From the IMG/VR virus record IMGVR_UViG_3300014205_000170, positions 454,810 to 518,809 of that record: 64,000 bases of DNA. One strand, 5' to 3'. This document shows, piece by piece, positions 10,277 through 19,085 of the stretch (position 1 is the first letter of the stretch; every line of letters starts with the position of its first letter). The position numbers and the translations under genes are program-made. Under the pieces are notes generated by a model. That model saw only the letters and a list, made by a program, of their open reading frames with translations, was not told where the DNA came from and searched no databases. Source of the stretch: a virus (taxonomy: Duplodnaviria; Caudoviricetes).

Positions 10277-11338
10277 ATGGCAAAAGATAACGAAATATTA
10301 CGTCCAGAAGTAGAAAATCAAAGATTTGAAACTTATGTTGATGCAGGAAACTTAACACCACACAGAAGAATTGTCGACATGCTTGACCGTATGACGTTTC
10401 CTTTCTCTGAAAATAATTTTTTCAAATATAATCCATCGTTTATTGCCGCAGATGAATTTAATCGATGCGCAAGAATTTACACTGAACGTGGGCAAGGGCA
10501 AGGTCCGATGGAAGCTATGAGATTGATGCAACAATTACTGCAAATCGAAGAGCCAAATAAACCTGAATTAACGGATTTAGCTATTGAGTTAGTAAGAGAA
10601 ATGTATAATGTACCTGACTCCATTAACTTAAGAGCATTTTTGGAAAATTCTGATGAAGATGCCGGAGAAGAGTTTGATGATAGCGATAATGATGTCGAAA
10701 TGCTTAGTGATGAAAGAAAAGAAGAGTTAAAACCAGAAATTGAAAAGAGAAGAATTTTAAATTCTATTGTTCATGGAGCAGCTGTTCATCAATGGACATC
10801 AGCATATCATATAGTAGCAGATAAATTAAATGATATTAATCCTGAATTATTAGAAAAATACAACAGACTTTCTGCATTAGTAAACTACTTTAATTGGCAA
10901 ATCATTCAAAGCGATATGATGGCTATGGGTGGTGGCGCTCGACCTGTTTTACAAGGCTTTAATAAAGTTGATATTAAAAACAAAGATATCAAAGCTTCTG
11001 CAATGAATTTCCCTGTTTTAATTCATGAACTTTCAAAAGGAGTATTGGATTATTTGGTATCAATCGGAATACCTAATCTTCCTCCATATGAATTAGAATA
11101 TGTGTATGCTGAAGCAGATAAGTATTCTCATGAACAATGGCATTATTTCTTTGGTCCAACATTGTGGAGAGCTATGTTGAATACGGCTGATGTTACTAGT
11201 CATGATTTACCTCAAATCATTTCTGAGATGGCTCAAATGGATTACACAGATTTGTCAAATTTTTGTATTGACATTTGTCACCATCCGGAAGAACTTGGAA
11301 AACCACAAATGCAAGCTTTGAAAAAGAAAGCGTTTTAA
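10277..11338 (+). CDS. phage protein with FPVLIHELSKG motif
   Basis: ORF track 10220..11338; likely start ATG 10277. Confidence 0.65.
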   Translation: MAKDNEILRPEVENQRFETYVDAGNLTPHRRIVDMLDRMTFPFSENNFFKYNPSFIAADEFNRCARIYTERGQGQGPMEAMRLMQQLLQIEEPNKPELTDLAIELVREMYNVPDSINLRAFLENSDEDAGEEFDDSDNDVEMLSDERKEELKPEIEKRRILNSIVHGAAVHQWTSAYHIVADKLNDINPELLEKYNRLSALVNYFNWQIIQSDMMAMGGGARPVLQGFNKVDIKNKDIKASAMNFPVLIHELSKGVLDYLVSIGIPNLPPYELEYVYAEADKYSHEQWHYFFGPTLWRAMLNTADVTSHDLPQIISEMAQMDYTDLSNFCIDICHHPEELGKPQMQALKKKAF

Positions 11339-11347
11339 TAAAAACGC

Positions 11348-11719
11348 ATGCAATACGAGAGGATAGATTTTCTAAAAAATTGGAATAATAAACTTCTGTG
11401 CGATATTTTTGTAATTATTCGTCCAGTAAATAAGAAATATTCTCTTGACCAAGTTGTTGATATTAGAATTGATGATAAATTTTTTTCTTACGCCAAGGTT
11501 CTAAAAAGCGAAATAAGAACTTTAAATGACATTATTGCTTCCGGAATGTTTTTATTAGATTCTGGAATGAATGAAAAAGATTTTCGTGATTTCATTAATG
11601 AATTATATTCTAAAAAAAGTTGGTGGAAAAATGAAGACACGGAATTGAAAATAATTTTTTTCAAGAAAATTACTCAATTAACTATTTTTGAAGATGGAAA
11701 TTATCCGATTGCCACATAA
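11348..11719 (+). CDS. hypothetical protein, possibly ASCH/PUA-like
   Basis: 123-aa ORF. Confidence 0.5.
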   Translation: MQYERIDFLKNWNNKLLCDIFVIIRPVNKKYSLDQVVDIRIDDKFFSYAKVLKSEIRTLNDIIASGMFLLDSGMNEKDFRDFINELYSKKSWWKNEDTELKIIFFKKITQLTIFEDGNYPIAT

Positions 11720-12767
11720 GTTTTTATTTCATCATAGTGCTCACCAAACATTTGAATATTTTGGGATTTCTCCACATTTTCAAGAAGATTTACAATGGAA
11801 GTTAACTGAAAAACATAGGTTTTATCATAACTATGAACATATTAATCATATTATTGATATGATTGACAAATACGACGCTTCCAAATATAACTACAATTTA
11901 TCTTCGATAGATAAGCAAATATTATTAGCCACTGCTTTATATCATGACGCTATTTACAACCCTCAATTTAAAAATAATGAAGAACAATCAATAAAATATT
12001 TTATTTCTCATTGCTCTCAGAACTTAAATCGAACCAACGAAATAGAACAAGTGATTTCTTTAATAAGAGATACTATTAAACATACACCGTCTTCTAAATT
12101 GTCTGAAATATTTTGTGATTTTGATTTACAAATTTTAAAAGAAGGAAATTTCCAGGATATGCTTATTATGGAAAAAAAGATATTTTTAGAATTTCAAAAA
12201 TACGATTATACTTTATATAAAAAAGGTCGTATTGAATTTTTAGAATCTTTTTTAAAGAATGTTGTTACCAATAATACAGAAAACATTCGCGCTCTTATAG
12301 ATTATATCAAAATAAGAGTACCAAAAATTGGTATTTATGCCGGTTCATTCAATCCTTTCCACAAAGGACATCTTAACATTGTTGAGAAGGCTGAAAAAAT
12401 CTTTGATAAAGTGATTATTGCAAAAGGAATTAATCCGGAGAAACCAACAGATAAAGGTTTAAATGGATTGGATGATAAACTTTATTATAGGCAAGTGGAA
12501 GAATTTAAGGGGGTGATTACGGATTATATACCAAAAAAATCTCAAGATGCTGACATAACCCTTATCAGGGGATTAAGGAATGGTAATGATTTAAGTTATG
12601 AAATAAATCAACTTACATTCATAAAAGAATTTGATTCTAATCTTAAATATGTTTTTATACATTGTGATAAAGAATATGAACACATATCTTCGACAGCAAT
12701 GCGAAGCATGTTGGCCTCTGGAGATGAGAAAATGATTGCTAAAGCCAAATATTATTGTGAAATATAA
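11688..12767 (+). CDS. coaD: HD-type phosphohydrolase fused to phosphopantetheine adenylyltransferase
   Basis: RFYHNYEH...LYHDAIY...NEEQS...CDFDL, then IYAGSFNPFHKGH, LIRGLR, HISST. Confidence 0.8.
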   Translation: MKMEIIRLPHKFLFHHSAHQTFEYFGISPHFQEDLQWKLTEKHRFYHNYEHINHIIDMIDKYDASKYNYNLSSIDKQILLATALYHDAIYNPQFKNNEEQSIKYFISHCSQNLNRTNEIEQVISLIRDTIKHTPSSKLSEIFCDFDLQILKEGNFQDMLIMEKKIFLEFQKYDYTLYKKGRIEFLESFLKNVVTNNTENIRALIDYIKIRVPKIGIYAGSFNPFHKGHLNIVEKAEKIFDKVIIAKGINPEKPTDKGLNGLDDKLYYRQVEEFKGVITDYIPKKSQDADITLIRGLRNGNDLSYEINQLTFIKEFDSNLKYVFIHCDKEYEHISSTAMRSMLASGDEKMIAKAKYYCEI

Positions 12768-12831
12768 ATTATTTTAAATAATGTTTGGTCCTCTTGCTTT
12801 TTGAAATTTTTTCTAATAAGTTTACATCATG

Positions 12832-13216
12832 ATAAAATGACTCTTGGTCTTTTAATTAAAAAGAAAAGGAGAAACAAAAGATGGAAACACCAACAATAAT
12901 TTTAATATCAATTTTGTCTACTTTAAGTGTAGTTGCCATTATAGCATTAGTGGTAGTTGCGTTTGTAAAGCAAGGTAGAAAGATAGTAAAGCTAGAAGAA
13001 GATTTGCGACGTAGTATTCTAAAGCTAGAAGATGAAACGCGCATTCGAACAAATCGATTAATGGATGATTATACGAGAGAATTTGAAAATGTACGTAAAT
13101 TTATCGATTCGAGATGTGATAAATTAGATTTGAAAATTAAAAATTCTGGAACTAAAATTGAAACTCAAAAACAAGTTCTACAAGGATAAACAACATAGAC
13201 CAAGAGTTCATTTTAT
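12832..13216. repeat. 19-bp inverted repeat (one bulge) flanking a single gene
   Basis: ATAAAATGACTCTTGGTCT (12832-12850) vs AGACCAAGAGTTCATTTTAT (13197-13216). Confidence 0.7.
12881..13189 (+). CDS. small membrane-anchored coiled-coil protein
   Basis: N-terminal hydrophobic helix, then coiled coil with FIDSRCDKL. Confidence 0.65.
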   Translation: METPTIILISILSTLSVVAIIALVVVAFVKQGRKIVKLEEDLRRSILKLEDETRIRTNRLMDDYTREFENVRKFIDSRCDKLDLKIKNSGTKIETQKQVLQG

Positions 13217-15063
13217 TCATAAATATCTCTGTGTTTTTTTCCGAATTTTCTAATCATGTAACCTGAAAATGAATTAGCCTCATTCTCATGTGGAGAACCA
13301 TCTTCTCCAGAAGTTTCAGTTAAAACATTATCCAATTTTTGTTTATAGTGTCTAATTTCATGAGCTAAAGACCTTAGTGGGTCAGCTAACATATTTCTGT
13401 TTTTTGTGTAAATCCAAATGTGGTCATTGTTGGGATTATAACTTGCAGTTGTAGTTATTGGACCACCGCGTTCAGCGGTCATAAAAACAGAACAAGGAGT
13501 CTCAATATTAAGTTCTGTGCAACAATCAAGAATAAATTCTTTAATTAATTCTGCCTTTTTAGCATCAATATTATCAACTGATTTTTTGATTACCAGTTTA
13601 TGAGATGGAGCTTTTTGAAACATTGTGTTTTCTTTTTTGTTTGGTTCAGAAATTTCTCCTTCAACATACTTTTTTAATTTTGTATAATAATCAGGAACTT
13701 CATTTAAGTGTGCTATTGCTATTTTTAAAGTTTTAATTTCATCATCATTTGTAACGTTAGTAGTTGGATTAACAGTGCCATGTTCTTTTTCTATATCAAA
13801 ACCTATAGCGAGTTGTTTTAAATCATAACGAGAAATATCTAAATTACCTAACTTAGCAATTTTTTTAATTTTCAATTCAGAGTTAGATAAATTACCATTC
13901 AATGATTGAGTTTCTGTGTACATTTCTTTAATAATCATTTCTTTTAAAAATTTTGATGGATATAACATTCTTAATGGATGACCTTGAGGTATATCTTTTT
14001 GTTTTATTCCAAAGACTTTTTTCTCAGGGCACGTATCTTTATTGTCAACAAGAAAATGATTATTACAAGCCCAAACAGTATGGTTCATATTTAAAACTTG
14101 TCCTATTTTAAAAGGAAAATTTATTTTAAATTCATTTTCAACATTAGTTATTTTCCCATCCGGAGTTTTTGTAACTTTTATAATAATTTGTGGTCTTCTT
14201 TTATTTGTAAAAATAACTTCTTGCAAATTTTTTATATTTACAGCTTCGGTTTTAATTTCATTCATGGAAAGATTTTTATCAAAAGCTTGAGAAGAAATAT
14301 CCCCTAGTTTTTTTAAATAACCATTATTTCGCAAGAACTTAAAAGCCAAATTTTCAGCAGAAAATTCTCCGGTTTTATCTAAGCCGGATTGTCTCATCTG
14401 TTTTATTTTGTCTTTTAATTTTTTAGATTGTTTATATATTGCATTCCAATCAGGACTTTCATCCAAAGATTTTTTTTCAATTTCTTCTATTTGCGTAGCA
14501 ATATCTGAAGATTTTTTCTTTATGAGTTTTTTATCAATTGTTACTTTTTCTTTCTCCGGGCTGTGAATCCATTCATCATTTACAAGGTTATACACCCCCA
14601 CTGATTTATTTTCTTCATTTTTCTCCTGTACATAAAGCTCTACTGCATATCCTTTCAAAGAAATATCATGACTGTTTTTCCAATTTGAACCTTTAGCATC
14701 AAAAAAATCTTTTGCTAATTTCACATCGTCAGAAATTTTATTAAAATCAAAAACTATATGTAAATCCAAATCACTTGTTTCATTCCAATTATAATTTGCC
14801 ATACTGCCTAAAAACAATATGTTTTCAGGTTTTATTTGCACATCTAAATATTTAATATATTCATCTGCAATTTTTAGTAATTGGGTTCTTATTTCTGGAT
14901 TTAATGTATTATCATGCCAAATTTTTGGATTTAAATGGTCTTTTACATAGCTGCTTGGGATAACAACACTATCTACATCTAACTCTTGTATAGAAAAAAC
15001 ACCCTCTAAAATAGGTTCTAAAAGGGTTTTAAGGCCATTTTTATTAAAAATTGAGATAGACAT
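13213..15063 (-). CDS. multidomain protein: Pol-beta-type nucleotidyltransferase, DUF5661-like domain, HEXXH zincin-like domain
   Basis: GSMANYNWNETSDLDLH; GFDIEKEHG...IAIAHLNEVPDYYTKL; SLAHEIRH...ENEAN. Confidence 0.7.
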   Translation of the reverse strand: MSISIFNKNGLKTLLEPILEGVFSIQELDVDSVVIPSSYVKDHLNPKIWHDNTLNPEIRTQLLKIADEYIKYLDVQIKPENILFLGSMANYNWNETSDLDLHIVFDFNKISDDVKLAKDFFDAKGSNWKNSHDISLKGYAVELYVQEKNEENKSVGVYNLVNDEWIHSPEKEKVTIDKKLIKKKSSDIATQIEEIEKKSLDESPDWNAIYKQSKKLKDKIKQMRQSGLDKTGEFSAENLAFKFLRNNGYLKKLGDISSQAFDKNLSMNEIKTEAVNIKNLQEVIFTNKRRPQIIIKVTKTPDGKITNVENEFKINFPFKIGQVLNMNHTVWACNNHFLVDNKDTCPEKKVFGIKQKDIPQGHPLRMLYPSKFLKEMIIKEMYTETQSLNGNLSNSELKIKKIAKLGNLDISRYDLKQLAIGFDIEKEHGTVNPTTNVTNDDEIKTLKIAIAHLNEVPDYYTKLKKYVEGEISEPNKKENTMFQKAPSHKLVIKKSVDNIDAKKAELIKEFILDCCTELNIETPCSVFMTAERGGPITTTASYNPNNDHIWIYTKNRNMLADPLRSLAHEIRHYKQKLDNVLTETSGEDGSPHENEANSFSGYMIRKFGKKHRDIYE

Positions 15064-15106
15064 AACTTCACCAATAAATATCCTTAAAAAAGGTATTTTA
15101 TGATGA

Positions 15107-15499
15107 TTATGACATCGTTGACAATAGCGTATCTAGTATTTGTCTGTCTATTGCTTCTGAAATTGCTTGTGCTAACATATCGGTGATAAATGTGGGTGCA
15201 TCAAGTTTATATTTTTCACATATAACTATTCTTGTTGCTGAATTTGGGTTTGTAAGTAATGCTGCCAATTCAGATTCTGCATCAATTGAATGATAGGTGG
15301 CCAAATCTTGAGCCATTTCTACATTCCAAGTAGCATTAATTCGTCTTTCTTGAACTTGAACTGGGATGGAGGATATAGTTAAATTTATTTCTTTAACAAA
15401 AGGTGGAAATTTTTCTACTAAAATTTCTCTTATAAAAACATTCTTTCTATAAATTGGCTCAAAAGTATGAAAGTTTCCATATGAAGACCAAGGATTCAT
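15107..15499 (-). CDS. small protein containing a T4 gp23-like major capsid protein fragment
   Basis: RRINATWNVEMAQDLATYHSIDAESELAALL...ISEAIDRQIL resembles the conserved gp23 segment. Confidence 0.65.
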   Translation of the reverse strand: MNPWSSYGNFHTFEPIYRKNVFIREILVEKFPPFVKEINLTISSIPVQVQERRINATWNVEMAQDLATYHSIDAESELAALLTNPNSATRIVICEKYKLDAPTFITDMLAQAISEAIDRQILDTLLSTMS

Positions 15500-16107
15500 T
15501 ACATTTTATTGTGTGGATTTGCTATTCTAAAATTCGTTTTATAAGTTTCTCTTTTTAATAAAAAAAGTTTTGTATTACTATTAGTATCGCCTGCATTTTC
15601 CACCTTTTTAATAGTATCTTTGTTTTCGCGAATTATATCTTTCAGTTTTTCTGTTTTTATTAACCAAATTTCATTGATTTGAGGATAATACGTTACGAAG
15701 AAATCTGCTTTAGTTACAGAAATACCAGATTTTTTCCCTCTTGATTCATATTCGATAGCCATGTTGCCGGTGTCTCTAAGAGAACCAGTCTTTTCATCTT
15801 CAAACAAATGAGCAACATCAGTTTTAATTTCAAAAATATATTCTTTTCCATTTTTTAAAAATTTATAATCATGTGATATATCTTCACATTTAGAAAGAAA
15901 AATATATCCCAGGTTTTCTAAAAATTTTCGAACTATTGATTCTCCTTTTTCTCCCATAGAAAGAGCAGATTCAAAATTATTAATATAACTTCCTTTATTT
16001 AATTTTATATCTTTTTCTAATTCTGTACATAATTCACTGACAGTTTTAGTAGATAAAGTTTCACTAAGCATATTATCTATGTTTGTGAAAAATTCCAAAT
16101 CTTCCAT
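15499..16107 (-). CDS. PD-(D/E)xK nuclease-fold phage protein
   Basis: GEKGE...HDY...FEIKTD...NMAIEYESRGKKSGISVTKADFF. Confidence 0.6.
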   Translation of the reverse strand: MEDLEFFTNIDNMLSETLSTKTVSELCTELEKDIKLNKGSYINNFESALSMGEKGESIVRKFLENLGYIFLSKCEDISHDYKFLKNGKEYIFEIKTDVAHLFEDEKTGSLRDTGNMAIEYESRGKKSGISVTKADFFVTYYPQINEIWLIKTEKLKDIIRENKDTIKKVENAGDTNSNTKLFLLKRETYKTNFRIANPHNKM

Positions 16108-16170
16108 AAAAATTTTTGTTTGTTTGCTAGAACAAATAAAAAGGATTAAATTGATATAAGCAAGTTGAAA

Positions 16171-16491
16171 TTATCTAGAACGACCTTTAGAAAGGTCATC
16201 GAAATATTGATAAAATCCTTTATAGGCAATTACAGACATCATGGTGGGTCCAATTAAACAACCCATAACAGAGAACAGCCCTCCCATAATACTATCGTTA
16301 AAACCATCTTTTATAGCATCTATAACCCAGCCAAAGTTTATGAATTCTAAAGTTGTAATGACCAACGCTACAACAAAGAGTTGTAAATAGCTATTTTGCC
16401 ACTGTAAAGCAAACCAGAATTTAAAAGAACGTTCAAAATTAACATCTGTTCTGAACCATCTTACTTGTTTTTTTGTCTCACTTGTTGGCAT
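16171..16491 (-). CDS. membrane protein
   Basis: two hydrophobic segments. Confidence 0.55.
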   Translation of the reverse strand: MPTSETKKQVRWFRTDVNFERSFKFWFALQWQNSYLQLFVVALVITTLEFINFGWVIDAIKDGFNDSIMGGLFSVMGCLIGPTMMSVIAYKGFYQYFDDLSKGRSR

Positions 16492-16492
16492 A

Positions 16493-16750
16493 TTATTCGT
16501 CTTTTTTTAATAATGGACTTCGAAAGTCTACGAGTTCTTTCATTCGTTTTACTTCTTCTGCTAATAATTTAACATCTTCTAATTGTACAAATTCGCTTTC
16601 TTTAACTATTTCAGAATTAGAATTTTCAGATTGAATACTTAATTCTTTGGTTGAAGTATTGTCAACCTTTATCCACCCTTCCAAAATAGCCATTTTTTCT
16701 ATTTCGGTTTGTAAATATTTTTTCAATTCTTCTTTAGTAAATTTTTGCAT
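16493..16750 (-). CDS. putative virion-associated small protein (KFTKEELKKYLQTEI)
   Basis: 85 aa with upstream TATTTA motif. Confidence 0.55.
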   Translation of the reverse strand: MQKFTKEELKKYLQTEIEKMAILEGWIKVDNTSTKELSIQSENSNSEIVKESEFVQLEDVKLLAEEVKRMKELVDFRSPLLKKDE

Positions 16751-16841
16751 ATTAAATTTTATCTGGTTTTTATAAATATGTATTTTTTTGTTGTTTTATA
16801 GGCATTTTTACTTTAAATTTGTTATTAACTCTAAGAAAATT

Positions 16842-17144
16842 ATGACTGTTATTTTTTTACTTCTTTGTCTTTTTGGTACCAGTTTTTGTTTAACTGGCAT
16901 TTTGATTTGTGCTATTACATTTTTTCGTAAAGTTTCTAATGGAGAGCATCAAAGAAAGGTTGTGGTTTCTCCTAGAGGTTTTCTTTTTCTATTTTTAGGT
17001 ATCGTATCATTCTCATTTACAGATATTTACGACCAAAAATGGGGAGCTGCAATAGTTCATTTTTCAACTTCAATTTTATACTTGTGTATTTATATAATAT
17101 TGAACAAATCTTACAAATTAAAATTAGAAGATGAAAATCGCTAA
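16842..17144 (+). CDS. membrane protein
   Basis: three hydrophobic segments; start moved to MTVIF. Confidence 0.5.
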   Translation: MTVIFLLLCLFGTSFCLTGILICAITFFRKVSNGEHQRKVVVSPRGFLFLFLGIVSFSFTDIYDQKWGAAIVHFSTSILYLCIYIILNKSYKLKLEDENR

Positions 17145-17700
17145 AAGTTATAAAAAACACATTTACTGTCTCGAAGGTAATTGGCAAAAAGATTTAAGAA
17201 AAAAATCTAGCGTAGATTCTTCATTAATGTTTCTTGAAAAAAATTGTGATATCAAACACATACATAAGCACTGTGGAACTAAAGAAACTGTATTTTATTA
17301 TCTTGATATATGGAAGTATAAAAAGTATTCCAATTATTCGATTTGTTATTTAGCATTTCATGGTTTTGAAGGTGAGATAACAGTTGGAAGAGATACTGTT
17401 AGTTTAGAAGAAATGGCTGATTCTCTAGAAGGCGCTTGTAAAGATAAAATAATATTTTTTGGTAGTTGTTTAGTTTTACAAGTAGATAGAGCTAGGATAA
17501 ATAGTTTTTTAGAAAAAACCGGAGCACTTTGTATTTGTGGTTATAAAGTTTCTGTTGATTTCTTATCAAGTTCAGTATTTGAGATGTTAGTGATAAACAT
17601 GTTGCAGAACTATAAAGATATTTCTTGTGTTCAAAGAGACATTAATCTTTATTATAGTACTCTAGCAAAAGAATTGGAATTTAAAATTTATACTTTGTAA
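17131..17700 (+). CDS. DUF6642-like protein (caspase/CHAT-like fold)
   Basis: IYCLEGNW, YLAFHG, IIFFGSC, ICGY..SVDF. Confidence 0.65.
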   Translation: MKIAKSYKKHIYCLEGNWQKDLRKKSSVDSSLMFLEKNCDIKHIHKHCGTKETVFYYLDIWKYKKYSNYSICYLAFHGFEGEITVGRDTVSLEEMADSLEGACKDKIIFFGSCLVLQVDRARINSFLEKTGALCICGYKVSVDFLSSSVFEMLVINMLQNYKDISCVQRDINLYYSTLAKELEFKIYTL

Positions 17701-18361
17701 TTTTTTTTTCAATTATTACTTTTCTTTTACCATCAAAAGAATCGGTCCAGTATTCCATAATTCCATCACCATTCATAAAAAAATCCTCTTTTAGATTATT
17801 TAAATCTGTTGTGGTAATTATAAATTTACTTTTATTTGAAGTGGGATTAAAACAACACATAAAAGATTGAATTAAGTCATCGTAATTATCATTAAAACCT
17901 AATTCGGAAATATAAATAAAATCAAGTAAATAACCTCTCCCAGCATCGCGTTGTTTTTTTGTCCAATACTGTATTTTGGAATGATTAGAAAATTCTGTGA
18001 ATTTTTGATTGTGTTTTTCTGGAGTAAGAATTGTATTTTCTAAACCTTGTGAATGGAATATCTGTTCTAAAACATGTAAGTTTCCATTAATTAATTGTCT
18101 TAAAGTTTGAATTTCTTGATGTGAACTTGCTATAACTCCTACTTTAAATTTTGGATTTACAATGACTTTCCACAAAATATATAAAGACATTGCAAAACTT
18201 ACTCCTTCTTGTCTTTGTTTATAAACAATGGTATATTTATTTTTTTCCAAAAAGGAAAGAAAATTTCTTTGTGCCAATGATAAACGAATGAAATTTGACT
18301 CTTCTACTAAAGAATGATTTAAGGAAACATCTAATAATTTACAAAAATCATGAAATTCCAT
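17681..18361 (-). CDS. degenerate terminase large-subunit ATPase-domain homolog
   Basis: TIVYKQRQEGVS (cf. KSRQxGxS), EFSNHSKI, AGRGYLLDFIYISE (Walker B D changed to S), IITTT; no nuclease domain. Confidence 0.6.
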   Translation of the reverse strand: MEFHDFCKLLDVSLNHSLVEESNFIRLSLAQRNFLSFLEKNKYTIVYKQRQEGVSFAMSLYILWKVIVNPKFKVGVIASSHQEIQTLRQLINGNLHVLEQIFHSQGLENTILTPEKHNQKFTEFSNHSKIQYWTKKQRDAGRGYLLDFIYISELGFNDNYDDLIQSFMCCFNPTSNKSKFIITTTDLNNLKEDFFMNGDGIMEYWTDSFDGKRKVIIEKKITKYKF

Positions 18362-18618
18362 TAACTCTGTACGAATTTATTCAATTGAGTTACGAATGTC
18401 TTTTCAATAATAGTGTGTACTTTATCTGGAATAACAGATTCCTCCCCAGAAGCTTTCCATTTTTCATCATCTTCATCTTCTGATAGTTTATTGGTAAATG
18501 AATAGTAATCAACTATTACATTAATCAATTGATTTAAAGCAACTACGTCATTAATTTTATCATTAACAATTTCAGTTGAAATTACTTGATTTTCGTTAGG
18601 TGCATTATTTGTCGACAT
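18361..18618 (-). CDS. hypothetical protein
   Basis: ORF track 18361..18639; likely start MSTNN. Confidence 0.55.
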   Translation of the reverse strand: MSTNNAPNENQVISTEIVNDKINDVVALNQLINVIVDYYSFTNKLSEDEDDEKWKASGEESVIPDKVHTIIEKTFVTQLNKFVQS

Positions 18619-18675
18619 ATTTTTTTCTTTATTATTCAAATAAAAGAAAATTTTAGATAAAAGTCAATATCTATA

Positions 18676-18706
18676 TTTGAAATACAAAAAGTTTTAGATA
18701 CATTTG
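18676..18706 (+). promoter_or_regulatory. Bacteroidota sigmaA promoter TTTG-N19-TACATTTG
   Basis: both the -33 and -7 boxes are present with canonical spacing. Confidence 0.75.
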
Positions 18707-18722
18707 AATTAAAATCAAGAAA

Positions 18723-19085
18723 ATGGAAATAATAGCTAAAGTTAGAAGAGTAGAGCCAACAGAACACATCAATGATAAGTTCAAAAAGAGAAAATTAATT
18801 GTTAATTCAGAAGAAAAATCACCTTACCCTCAAGTGTTATCTTTTGAGGCAATACAAAAAAATACCTCTCTTTTGGATAATTTAAATCCCGGAGATGAGA
18901 TTAAAATTTTTTTCAATTTAAAAGGAAGAGAATTTTTAACGAAAGATAGTAGACAAGCAGTGTTTAATACTTTGGAAATCTGGAAAATAGATACTCTCAA
19001 AAAAGATGCTGATTTTTCAGAACCAATTTCAGAAGACATCAATCTGAATAACCATGAAGAAGATAATGAAACTTTACCTTTTTAA
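18723..19085 (+). CDS. DUF3127 family, putative ssDNA-binding protein
   Basis: FKKRKLIV...YPQVLSFE...FNLKGRE...FNTLEIWKI; acidic tail ending LPF. Confidence 0.85.
   Translation: MEIIAKVRRVEPTEHINDKFKKRKLIVNSEEKSPYPQVLSFEAIQKNTSLLDNLNPGDEIKIFFNLKGREFLTKDSRQAVFNTLEIWKIDTLKKDADFSEPISEDINLNNHEEDNETLPF

Noticed and set aside
12832-13216. IS element or MITE
   Set aside because: No transposase, no target-site duplication, and no second copy in the window.
15107-18361. True capsid and terminase structural module
   Set aside because: Both homologs are short fragments with degenerate motifs, and no portal, protease or tail genes are nearby.
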